A stretch of 64,000 nt of DNA, taken from the IMG/VR virus record IMGVR_UViG_3300025617_000009, positions 51,085-115,084 of that record; one strand, 5' to 3'. This document shows, piece by piece, positions 47,320 to 55,566 of this stretch. Below the pieces are notes generated by a model. It saw only the letters and a list, made by a program, of their open reading frames with translations, did not search any database and had not been told where the DNA came from. Within the stretch, counting starts at the first letter, position 1; every line of letters starts with the position of its first letter. Source of the DNA: a virus. Both the position numbers and the translations under genes were made by a program.

Positions 47320-48336
47320 CTAAAATATCATACTAAACAATAACGATCTGTTTTTGCTTACCAGTTCGTCATTGTTGCTATTATCATCTATGTAATATAA
47401 TCCTGTATCACCTGCTCCTATATCTTCTACATATAACTTTAATCCATTAACAGGATCGTTAGGAGCGGCAAGTGTTCTTTTTATTACCAAATTATCGTTA
47501 ACTATTACACTTCCTGATCCTGCAACACCTAATGTTAGATCGGATCCGCTGGTAATAGTTTCAATTGTTGTGTCTTCGATTCTTAAATCAGTTAATTCTA
47601 ATCTGTCTTCATAAAACGACGCAACTAAATTATTATCAACACCTATTTCAACTACACTAGTTGAGCCTGAAATTTCAAAATCACTTGCTTCAACATATGT
47701 CGGTGTTAATGTACCTTCTGCTATTCTTGCTTGGAATACACCTGCAAAATAAGATGTAATATAATCTACAACACCTTTAGCATTTGGTATTAAATCTTCG
47801 TCTATTGCGCCATTATATGCTCCGCCGGCAAGATTAATGGTATTAGTTGCAGGAAGATAATCAAATACATTACGTTCGTAGTTACTAGCACCAGTTACAC
47901 TAATAACACCTGTACCCGAGTTGATTAAGTATAAATCGCCGCCGCCTGTATCAATACTATTAGTTCGTATTGCAACAGTGTTGCCATTTGTTAATTTAGC
48001 ATGGAATGCACCACTAATTGTAGTTTCTGTTACTGGATCTCTCCAATCAATGCTTTCATCAAATACAAACTGGGCATCGATAATACTTCCGCGATCTATT
48101 TGTATTCCGCTGGTTCCAAGAGTAATTCCTGTTCCAGTTTCTCCAGAGTTTAATGTAATTATATTGTCTTCAATGTCAGTATCGGTTGTATTTAAAGTAG
48201 TTTGTGTGCCTGCTACGAGCAAGTTACCAGTAATAATAACTGTACCTTGATTCAATCCAGTATCAAGAGTAATTTCTCCACCATCTTGGACTTTGAGTTT
48301 ATAATCACCGTTTGGTACATTTACATACTTAGACAT
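47320..48336 (-). CDS. Fibre-like structural protein (338 aa)
   Basis: ITGNLLVAGTQTTLNTT..IEDNIITLN..GIQIDRG fibre motif; hydrophobic end SLLFSMIF. Confidence 0.6.
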   Translation of the reverse strand: MSKYVNVPNGDYKLKVQDGGEITLDTGLNQGTVIITGNLLVAGTQTTLNTTDTDIEDNIITLNSGETGTGITLGTSGIQIDRGSIIDAQFVFDESIDWRDPVTETTISGAFHAKLTNGNTVAIRTNSIDTGGGDLYLINSGTGVISVTGASNYERNVFDYLPATNTINLAGGAYNGAIDEDLIPNAKGVVDYITSYFAGVFQARIAEGTLTPTYVEASDFEISGSTSVVEIGVDNNLVASFYEDRLELTDLRIEDTTIETITSGSDLTLGVAGSGSVIVNDNLVIKRTLAAPNDPVNGLKLYVEDIGAGDTGLYYIDDNSNNDELVSKNRSLLFSMIF

Positions 48337-48353
48337 TAATTAAATCCTTAAAC

Positions 48354-48371
48354 TAGGGGCCGTAGCCCCTA
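48354..48371 (-). terminator. Hairpin UAGGGGC-UACG-GCCCCUA (UNCG tetraloop), weak terminator or stability element
   Basis: Perfect 7-bp stem right after the 48376 stop, with only a short GUUU tail. Confidence 0.55.
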
Positions 48372-48375
48372 TTAC

Positions 48376-48735
48376 TTAGATTGCTGTTAATCTTAATAGT
48401 GATTCTGTTGAATCATCTTCAACAGCCCAAGTATAACGATTGTTATTCCAATCAACAGCAGTTCTGTTAAAGATTTTTTTAATAATAATAGCGTCGCCAC
48501 CGTCGGCAATACCTACTAGTGAACATTCACCGTTAGCATTAGGTGAAATTTCATTAACTAAACGACAAATTCCGTCGACTGTATCACCGTCATTACTGAC
48601 TGCAAACTTGTTAGTACCTTTTTGTGCTGTAATATAACCTTCGAAAGCTCCGCCTGATAAAAAGGCTCTTACTGGAATCTTTGCTGTTGCGCCGCCTGTA
48701 GCGCCGAAATATCTTTTATTAACTGGACGTCCCAT
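48376..48735 (-). CDS. Small late protein (119 aa), possibly head-associated
   Basis: True start is probably ATG 48735 (MGRPVNKRYFG) after AAGGAG. Sits immediately downstream of gp23 with its own late promoter. Confidence 0.65.
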   Translation of the reverse strand: MGRPVNKRYFGATGGATAKIPVRAFLSGGAFEGYITAQKGTNKFAVSNDGDTVDGICRLVNEISPNANGECSLVGIADGGDAIIIKKIFNRTAVDWNNNRYTWAVEDDSTESLLRLTAI

Positions 48736-48819
48736 TGTTTTCTCCTTAGGTTGACGTTCTAGGTCTACGCGGTGGGTCCGCATAAGTCCTCGTAATAGAG
48801 GCTCGCTCTATGACAAATG

Positions 48820-48827
48820 TATTTATC
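48820..48827 (-). promoter_or_regulatory. Late promoter GATAAATA
   Basis: Consensus match just after the gp23 terminator. Confidence 0.65.
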
Positions 48828-48841
48828 TTTTTGTATCCAAT

Positions 48842-48868
48842 AAAAAAGGGTGACCGAAGCCACCCTTT
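48842..48868 (-). terminator. Rho-independent terminator of the capsid operon
   Basis: AAAGGGUGGC-UUCG-GUCACCCUUUUUU with a C(UUCG)G tetraloop, typical of T4-like phages. Confidence 0.9.
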
Positions 48869-48891
48869 AAGTTTTATTACCTAAGTAACGA

Positions 48892-50055
48892 TTAGCTAAA
48901 TGATACAGCAGTATCAGTGATAGCAACGTTTGCTAGATAATCAGCAGCATTACCAAGTGATGATGCTGTGTTGTTTAGCTCAACATAACCATAACGTGTC
49001 ATGAATGAAACTGTTGGTTCAAACGTTGTTGGGTTAAGAACAACACCAGAGCTCATTAATGGAATGTATGGGCAATAGAACGCAGCTGCGTCTGATTCTG
49101 AAGAACCTTTATAACCAACAAGTACTGAAGTACTGTCAGCTGCATAAGTGTCAACATAAACCTTCATTGCATTGTTAAGTGTACCAACAAACTTAGTGTT
49201 AGTTGGAGCTTCAAACGCACCTTCAGTTGTTCTTGCGAACGCTGAAGTAGTTGCTGATTGAAGGATAGTTAACGCCATTGGTGAAACAACAGCAAAGTTA
49301 CCAGCACCGCGACGTGTACGTTGAGCGATGATGTTTGCCGCACGGTTGATCTGAACAGCTAGAGCAGCGTGTTCGTCACCAACGAATGTAGCAGTACCTG
49401 ATACGGATGCTTGGTTGTAAGTTTCAACTGCGTTACCAGCTAGTGAACGTAGTGAAGCAAGTACTTCTTGGTCAATTTCAGCAGTAATTTCTTGTGCTAA
49501 AGCAGCCATGATTTCAGCTTCAACGTCGATGCCGTGCATAGACTGTGCATCTTGCGCAGCTTCAAAAGTCCACTGTGCAGATAGCTTACGAGTCTTAGCT
49601 TCAACAGTTTGCTTTAAGATTTGGATGCTTAGTTTATTACCAGCTTGTCCTTCTAAAGCAGCAGTTGTAGCAGCCTTGTCAGTTGATCCACCACCTGAAT
49701 AGCCTAAGCCAATCTTGAATGGTGATAATGCTTCTTCGCCAGCTGTAACGTCATCTTGACCTTCAGCATAACGAACACGTAGTGTGTGGATTTGTCCTAC
49801 AGGGCCAGTCATTGGTTGTACACCAACCAACTCGTTAGCAATTACTGTAGGCATTACACGTCTGATCACAGGAAGGATCACACGATTTAGGGTAGCAACG
49901 TTACCAGCAGAAGTAGCACCTGCAGTCGCACTTTCTGAAAGATACTTACGTGTATTTTCAAGTGTCGCAGCCATTACAGACTTCTTAGTACCTTTTAGGC
50001 CTTCTAGAAGTGCGCTTTTCGTTTCCTGCCAGCGACTTTCTAATAGTTCTGACAT
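48892..50055 (-). CDS. gp23: Major capsid protein
   Basis: LVGVQPMTGPVGQI, TVEAKTRKL, AAQDAQSMHGIDVEAE, EITAEID, TRRGAGNF, FYCPYIPL and FMTRYG are hallmark gp23 motifs. Confidence 0.97.
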   Translation of the reverse strand: MSELLESRWQETKSALLEGLKGTKKSVMAATLENTRKYLSESATAGATSAGNVATLNRVILPVIRRVMPTVIANELVGVQPMTGPVGQIHTLRVRYAEGQDDVTAGEEALSPFKIGLGYSGGGSTDKAATTAALEGQAGNKLSIQILKQTVEAKTRKLSAQWTFEAAQDAQSMHGIDVEAEIMAALAQEITAEIDQEVLASLRSLAGNAVETYNQASVSGTATFVGDEHAALAVQINRAANIIAQRTRRGAGNFAVVSPMALTILQSATTSAFARTTEGAFEAPTNTKFVGTLNNAMKVYVDTYAADSTSVLVGYKGSSESDAAAFYCPYIPLMSSGVVLNPTTFEPTVSFMTRYGYVELNNTASSLGNAADYLANVAITDTAVSFS

Positions 50056-50065
50056 TTTATTCTCC

Positions 50066-51154
50066 TTAATTAAGTCCAGCTAGTCGACGGATGTTAATTA
50101 CATTCTCGTCAACTGTGTCAGTTGTTTTTGTTTCTCTATTGCCTGTTACTTCTTTGCCTTCTGTTAGTTGTGCCTTCTGCTTCGCTGGAGATTTACCGTC
50201 AATCACTGCCGGTAGGTACTTGTCGAACGCTGATTTTAATTTCGGCGTCTGAACAGATTCCAGTAAGTCTGTCATAATCTCACGTTGATCCTTGCTTAAT
50301 GGAGCAAGTAACTCGTGCATTGTTTCTTTTCTTTGAGCACTTTCTGCAAGTGTCTTAAGCTCAGCTTCTTTGCTTTCAACAAGTTGTTCTTTTTCTTGTT
50401 TAGCAGCTTTTGCTTCTGCAAGTTGTTTGTCTTTAAGATCAACTACTTTCATTAGTTTAGCAATTTCACTCTTTTCATTTAACAAACTGTTTGCATATTC
50501 ACTTGAGAACGCTTCAAAAACTCTACGTCCAAAGTCATTTTGACGAGCTGACTCGATATCTTCTTTAAGTGCAGAAATCTCTTTGTTAAGAGTTTTGCTG
50601 ACTGTTTCAGATACGATGCCTGCACTTTGCTTGACAAAACTCTTCTTGATTTTATCAAACTCTGACTTTGCTTCTCTAACCAAACGTACTTTTGTTTCAG
50701 CTAGATCCTTTTTATCTTCGTAGAACTCTGCAATTTCTTTTGCTAGTGCTTCAACAACGAATTCTTCAAGTTTGCCAAACTTAGTTGACATTGACTTTTG
50801 ATCTTCGTGTAGTTCGCCAACTTCTTTTGATAGTTGATCAACTACAAAAGTTTTAAGCATGTCTGCGTTTTCACGCATAGCAATAGCATATTTTGCTTTT
50901 GCTTCGGCAAGTTGATTACGGTCTTCTGCAAATTCTTCGATTTCACTTTGTAGTCTTTCGCCTACTAGTGCATCAAGAGCTTCAACCATAGTCTGCTTGT
51001 CATGCTCGTATTTTTTAGCAAATTCTTCACGAAGTTCAGCTGTTACCGCTTGACGATTTTCTTTAATCTTAGCGTCCCATGCTTCTTCGATGCTCGCACG
51101 AACTTCTTCAGAAACAACATCGTTCTCAAAAAGTGTTTTCAGTGCATCCAACAT
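50066..51154 (-). CDS. gp22: Prohead core scaffold protein
   Basis: Long Glu/Lys coiled coil located between gp21 and gp23. Confidence 0.85.
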   Translation of the reverse strand: MLDALKTLFENDVVSEEVRASIEEAWDAKIKENRQAVTAELREEFAKKYEHDKQTMVEALDALVGERLQSEIEEFAEDRNQLAEAKAKYAIAMRENADMLKTFVVDQLSKEVGELHEDQKSMSTKFGKLEEFVVEALAKEIAEFYEDKKDLAETKVRLVREAKSEFDKIKKSFVKQSAGIVSETVSKTLNKEISALKEDIESARQNDFGRRVFEAFSSEYANSLLNEKSEIAKLMKVVDLKDKQLAEAKAAKQEKEQLVESKEAELKTLAESAQRKETMHELLAPLSKDQREIMTDLLESVQTPKLKSAFDKYLPAVIDGKSPAKQKAQLTEGKEVTGNRETKTTDTVDENVINIRRLAGLN

Positions 51155-51167
51155 ATTGTTCTCCTCA

Positions 51168-51785
51168 TTATTGGAGTTTGCTGATTATATTAATCAGCGA
51201 TTCTTTTAGATATTTTTGTGCCTTTGGATCTTCTTTTGTTGCCTGTGCTAGTTCATAAGCCTTCATTCCACCTCTCGCATTCATGAGATGCTCATAAATT
51301 GGAGTTGGATATGCACCAGGGGCGCTTGGCTGAGCCACAACGTCCACAGTGATAATTTCAAAACCAGAAACGTCTCCGCTTCCGTCAACTTCACCAGATC
51401 CCCTTGATGAGACACCTAGCTTAACTCCGGATTGTACCATTGTTTGAACTAGTTGTCCCATAGGGGTTGGTAAGATTTTTAGTTTTCCATAACCATTTGG
51501 GCCATCCATCCACATTTCTGTGATCATATGACTTACTCTGTCTAGGTTAATGTTAAGACCTTCTGGATGATCTACTTCGCCGAGAACACTATAACCTCCG
51601 CTAATTTGATCGTTGAGAGTTTTGACAGCCCTGCCAATTTCGTCTACAGGATACACTCGTTGATTAGCGTTGCGAATTCCGCCTTGAATAACAATTCCCT
51701 TCATATAAAGGTCTTTGCCTTCGTTAGCGGATTCAACCACAATACCTGCTTGGTCAAATGTCAAATGCTCTCGTAAAAAGTTCAT
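51168..51785 (-). CDS. gp21: Prohead protease
   Basis: NANQRVYP, GEVDHP, RVSH, TPMG, GVSSRGSG and DVVAQPSAPGA motifs. Confidence 0.95.
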   Translation of the reverse strand: MNFLREHLTFDQAGIVVESANEGKDLYMKGIVIQGGIRNANQRVYPVDEIGRAVKTLNDQISGGYSVLGEVDHPEGLNINLDRVSHMITEMWMDGPNGYGKLKILPTPMGQLVQTMVQSGVKLGVSSRGSGEVDGSGDVSGFEIITVDVVAQPSAPGAYPTPIYEHLMNARGGMKAYELAQATKEDPKAQKYLKESLINIISKLQ

Positions 51786-51798
51786 CTATCAGTCCTTA

Positions 51799-52731
51799 TT
51801 AGCCGCCAATTACTGGCTTGGCATTAGCGCCGTTGTCGCCTTTGCCGTTTTTCTCAGCACCATGTCCTTTAGTTGGGCTCATCTTAGTAGCTGTACCCTT
51901 TTTGTTACCAACCTTGTTTACTTGGTTAGCATCATCTTCTTTAGGATTAATGTCGCCAAGACCTGCATGGTCGCCTGCTTCGTTGTCTTTACCTTGGTTT
52001 AAGTTAGACGCTGTGCCGCCCATGTCATTCTTGTTTGCTACAGGTGACGCAGTGTTAGCACCGTTGTCGCCCATATTAGGTGTTATTTTGTCTGCATATT
52101 CGCGCATCATTTCAGCAGCTGATTTTTCTACTGATTCGTCAACTTCTTCTGACGCTTCTTCAACTTCTTCGTCGGATGCTTCGTCTACTTCTTCATCAGT
52201 TGATTCGAACTCAAAAGACTCTTCTTCAGGCTCGTCTTCTTCGTCTTCTTCGTCTTCTTCGCCTTCTGGCTCTTCACCTTCTGCTGCGTCTTCAACTTTG
52301 TCCATTAGTGCGTCAAACATGTCTTTTAACTTTCCGATTTCAGTATCTAAATCCATGTCGCCGCTTTCTTCGCCACCCATGTCATCCATGTCATCTTCGC
52401 CTGGCACTTCGATGTCTAAGTCGTCCATGTCGCCGCCCATTGGGTCTGCTTCAACTTCGAACTCGTCTAAATCAAAACCTTCTTCAACTTCTTCGTCTGA
52501 CTCTTCAACTTCTTCATCAGTTGCTTCGTCTAAGTCGTCTTCTGATTCTTCAACTTCTTCATCAGTTGCTTCTTCAACTTCTTCATCTTCTTCGATGTCA
52601 CTTTCTAACATTGAAGCATAGATTTCACGTGATTTTTCTACCACAATTTCGTGGAATAATTCTTCTGCTGCTGCTTGGTCTTCGTTAACTAGAAGTTCAA
52701 GCATTTCTTCAAACTTGTTACGATCAGTCAT
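51799..52731 (-). CDS. Highly acidic low-complexity prohead core protein (gp67/68 position)
   Basis: Asp/Glu-rich repeats (ATDEEVEES) and a basic Gly/Asn tail; lies between portal and protease. Confidence 0.65.
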   Translation of the reverse strand: MTDRNKFEEMLELLVNEDQAAAEELFHEIVVEKSREIYASMLESDIEEDEEVEEATDEEVEESEDDLDEATDEEVEESDEEVEEGFDLDEFEVEADPMGGDMDDLDIEVPGEDDMDDMGGEESGDMDLDTEIGKLKDMFDALMDKVEDAAEGEEPEGEEDEEDEEDEPEEESFEFESTDEEVDEASDEEVEEASEEVDESVEKSAAEMMREYADKITPNMGDNGANTASPVANKNDMGGTASNLNQGKDNEAGDHAGLGDINPKEDDANQVNKVGNKKGTATKMSPTKGHGAEKNGKGDNGANAKPVIGG

Positions 52732-52856
52732 TTTAATCTCCTGTGATGTATCAATAAGTTTTTACCTAAGGTAAGGCTGTCACTATTATTTAACATTTAT
52801 ACAAAAAAGTACGCAGATATCGGCTCGTTTTGAGTCGTTTTTAGAAGAAAGTTGAT

Positions 52857-53579
52857 TTATCTTAGATGTAAACCAAACTTTTCTATGAATTCATCAATTT
52901 TGATGTGAGAAAGATTGTTTAATTTAGTTAGCGGCTCTGGTACAAAACACTCCTTGTCTGTTACACGTATATATCTTTTTTGAGGATTTTTTTGTATTAC
53001 AATGCCAGTTTGTCTTAACCAATTTCCGTAATATGTTGCTCTATCATTTGTTTTTTTATAGTTAGGAGAATCTGCAAAGATATTATTAACTTTATCATTT
53101 ATGCCTTTGTAGTCAAACCCTAGAATATAGATTTCTTGCTTGTTATGAGAGCTTGCTAGATGAAGAGCAGTAGGACCACTACTCCAACCTAAACTTGGAT
53201 CGAAAAAATCAAAACCTCTAAACTTATCATATGCTCTATTTTTATTTGTATAAACATTATTCTTTAATTGATAACCGCTTTTGTTTATTTCGATGACCAT
53301 TTTAGAATCTACAGCAACTAGATAATGCGGACGATGTGTTCTATATACAGCATTACACGCATACACAGTTCCTAGTTTTATTAAGTCGTTTATTTCAATA
53401 CCAGAACGACTAGTTCCATTACCTAATACAAATGCAATAGGGCTATCGAAGTTGTCTACAGGTTTTATGATTCTTTGAAGATTTGCAGATTCTTGGTTAG
53501 TTTCTTTTTCTTTACGTCTTTGTTCCATAAGACGACATGCTTCTTCTTTAGAGTATAAGGTCTTATCTAATTTTGACAT
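52857..53579 (-). CDS. Putative glycosyltransferase-like protein (Maf/MptE/sialyltransferase-like Rossmann fold)
   Basis: FVLGNGTSR, YACNA, LVAVD, SSGPTALHLA and IYILGFD motifs. Confidence 0.5.
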   Translation of the reverse strand: MSKLDKTLYSKEEACRLMEQRRKEKETNQESANLQRIIKPVDNFDSPIAFVLGNGTSRSGIEINDLIKLGTVYACNAVYRTHRPHYLVAVDSKMVIEINKSGYQLKNNVYTNKNRAYDKFRGFDFFDPSLGWSSGPTALHLASSHNKQEIYILGFDYKGINDKVNNIFADSPNYKKTNDRATYYGNWLRQTGIVIQKNPQKRYIRVTDKECFVPEPLTKLNNLSHIKIDEFIEKFGLHLR

Positions 53580-53821
53580 TACATAGATTCGGCGGTTGCG
53601 GCAATTCCATACATTTGTTTAATAAAATTTAAATCTTCGGCTTTTAGTTCTTGATGTGCTTCAGCAGCTTTTCGTGCTTTATTAATTTGACGTAGAGTTA
53701 GTCTTGTTTTACGTTTGTCTTTTTTACGCAGAATAGAGCTGTCTGAAGAAGGATCGTACATTTTATCTTCTTCAGACTCTAATGTATTTCTGTCAATGTA
53801 AAAGAATTCTCTTAAAATCAT
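53579..53821 (-). CDS. Hypothetical protein (80 aa)
   Basis: Intact ORF directly after the portal gene, containing RKTRLTLRQINK. Confidence 0.65.
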   Translation of the reverse strand: MILREFFYIDRNTLESEEDKMYDPSSDSSILRKKDKRKTRLTLRQINKARKAAEAHQELKAEDLNFIKQMYGIAATAESM

Positions 53822-53826
53822 AATAG

Positions 53827-53834
53827 TATTTATT
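53827..53834 (-). promoter_or_regulatory. Late promoter AATAAATA 5 nt before ATG (leaderless candidate)
   Basis: AATAAATA-CTATT-ATG with no SD. Confidence 0.55.
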
Positions 53835-55560
53835 CCGTTGGAGGTGTTGTTGGCGTTTCTGCATCAGTTGCACTAGTAGGTCCAGTGTCTTCACCGCCTT
53901 GCATTACATCTGTATCAGGTATTTCGGTTTCTGCTCCTGCAAGATCTGCATCAATGCCAGCACCGCTGATGCCTGCACTACGCATTTCTCCACTAATGTC
54001 ACCTGACGGTGCTTGTAGGTTCTCATCGTTTTCTTCACGCCATAGACGTTCGTTTTCTGCAAGTTCTTCGTCAGTCATTCCTAAGAAACGTTTCATTGCA
54101 AAACGATTTGAAATAAACGGTATAGCACTCATTGTTTGGAATGTTGGAATTCTAGCATTATCAATTTCACTTTGTCTATATGCAGCAAAGTTTTGCGGTT
54201 CTTGGAATCTTAGATCAAACATAGAAGTATCAATGTTCACGCCTTTTTCTAATAGATAACGTTTAAACTCTGTATCAAAACTTTCTACTAATAAATTTTG
54301 TAGACGTTCGCAGTACGTATTAAAACGTAGTTCTTGAATATATGCTGTTCCTACTCTGCCGTCATTGTATTGAGCAGCACTGTCATCTGCTCCCGTTGGA
54401 AGATATGAGGAAGGTATTCGTAAACCGCGTACCAGCTTATTAGTAAAATATCTAAGATCATCGATCTCTCCTAGGTTTGTGCCGCCTGGCAGTGTTTCAA
54501 CTTTTGATCCACGTCCTTCTGCTGTTTGTGGGAAGAAGTAATCTTCATTGATTGACAGGGGATTATACGAACTGTCTACAACATTCTGACCGCCGCCTGT
54601 TGCCGATGGGATTCTGCGTTGATGAATTTCCGTTTTAACACGCTCGACAAACTGCATAGCAAGGTGTGAAGGCATGTTACCCACATCAATGTAGAATACT
54701 CTTCTTTCTGGAGCTCTTTGGACACGATAGATAATAATCGCATCTTCAAGCAATTCTTTTTGTTTGAATACTTTGAATACTGTTTCTAATAGACTGTTAC
54801 CGAATGGAAAGTTGTTATCCAATCCTTCTGACAAACTTAAATGTACAACGTGTTTTGCATCAACTGCCATTTCGTTTTCTTCTCTTTGGAAACGACTGCC
54901 TTGTGTGCTGTGTTGTTGTCCGCCTGTCATTCCACGAACGCCACCTGTTAGATATCCATCGCCGCCACCTGTAACATTGCCGTTGGTTTGATATGGTGTT
55001 GTAGCAACCATATCTCTAAAGTTCATGTTAAAGTTTTTAATAATGTATTGCTCAGGTTCTTTACCTTCACTTTCATTAACAATAATACTAGTCACGTTTG
55101 CAGGATCTACATGATACCACTTTTTATTCTCTGGATCGCGAATAAAAAATCCGTCGCCGTATTTGAAAATATTACGGAAAATACGAAACATTCTAGTATC
55201 AAACTTTTGTAGTTTAGTCCACTGTTGTAGGTACTGTTGAATAATAGTTACTTCAGAGTTTGTTGCTTCTTTTTTAAAGTCTAGAATAAAGTTTGTTTTA
55301 TTTCTTTTGTTTTGTTGTGTACAAAACTCAGCAAGAATATCAAGAGCCGCGTTTACTTCTGAGTCTAAATCCATAGTGTTGTATTGACCATAACGTTCAA
55401 CACGATTAGGCGAACCTACATAAACATCAGGAAGATATGATGAATAGTTTGTTTGTGCAGGACCAGGTTGTGCACCTCCGCGTCTTCCGCCTAAGGCACT
55501 GTATGATCCTGTTGTGTTATCACCAGTCGGTACTGGTGTAAAGTATTTTTTCCAACTCAT
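53830..55560 (-). CDS. gp20: Portal protein
   Basis: LLEDAIIIYRVQRAPERRVFYIDVGNMP, EDYFFP, GRGSKVETLPGG.NLGEIDD.RYF, LRIPSSYL. Confidence 0.96.
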   Translation of the reverse strand: MSWKKYFTPVPTGDNTTGSYSALGGRRGGAQPGPAQTNYSSYLPDVYVGSPNRVERYGQYNTMDLDSEVNAALDILAEFCTQQNKRNKTNFILDFKKEATNSEVTIIQQYLQQWTKLQKFDTRMFRIFRNIFKYGDGFFIRDPENKKWYHVDPANVTSIIVNESEGKEPEQYIIKNFNMNFRDMVATTPYQTNGNVTGGGDGYLTGGVRGMTGGQQHSTQGSRFQREENEMAVDAKHVVHLSLSEGLDNNFPFGNSLLETVFKVFKQKELLEDAIIIYRVQRAPERRVFYIDVGNMPSHLAMQFVERVKTEIHQRRIPSATGGGQNVVDSSYNPLSINEDYFFPQTAEGRGSKVETLPGGTNLGEIDDLRYFTNKLVRGLRIPSSYLPTGADDSAAQYNDGRVGTAYIQELRFNTYCERLQNLLVESFDTEFKRYLLEKGVNIDTSMFDLRFQEPQNFAAYRQSEIDNARIPTFQTMSAIPFISNRFAMKRFLGMTDEELAENERLWREENDENLQAPSGDISGEMRSAGISGAGIDADLAGAETEIPDTDVMQGGEDTGPTSATDAETPTTPPTE

Positions 55561-55566
55561 TCTTTA

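Noticed and set aside
48736-48783. N-terminal extension of the ORF to ATG 48783
   Set aside because: A strong AAGGAG SD precedes ATG 48735, and the extension lies in a hairpin-forming leader.
51818-52688. Long plus-strand ORFs (267 and 202 aa)
   Set aside because: Antisense shadows of the GAA/GAC-rich acidic gene, giving poly-Ser and poly-Leu translations.
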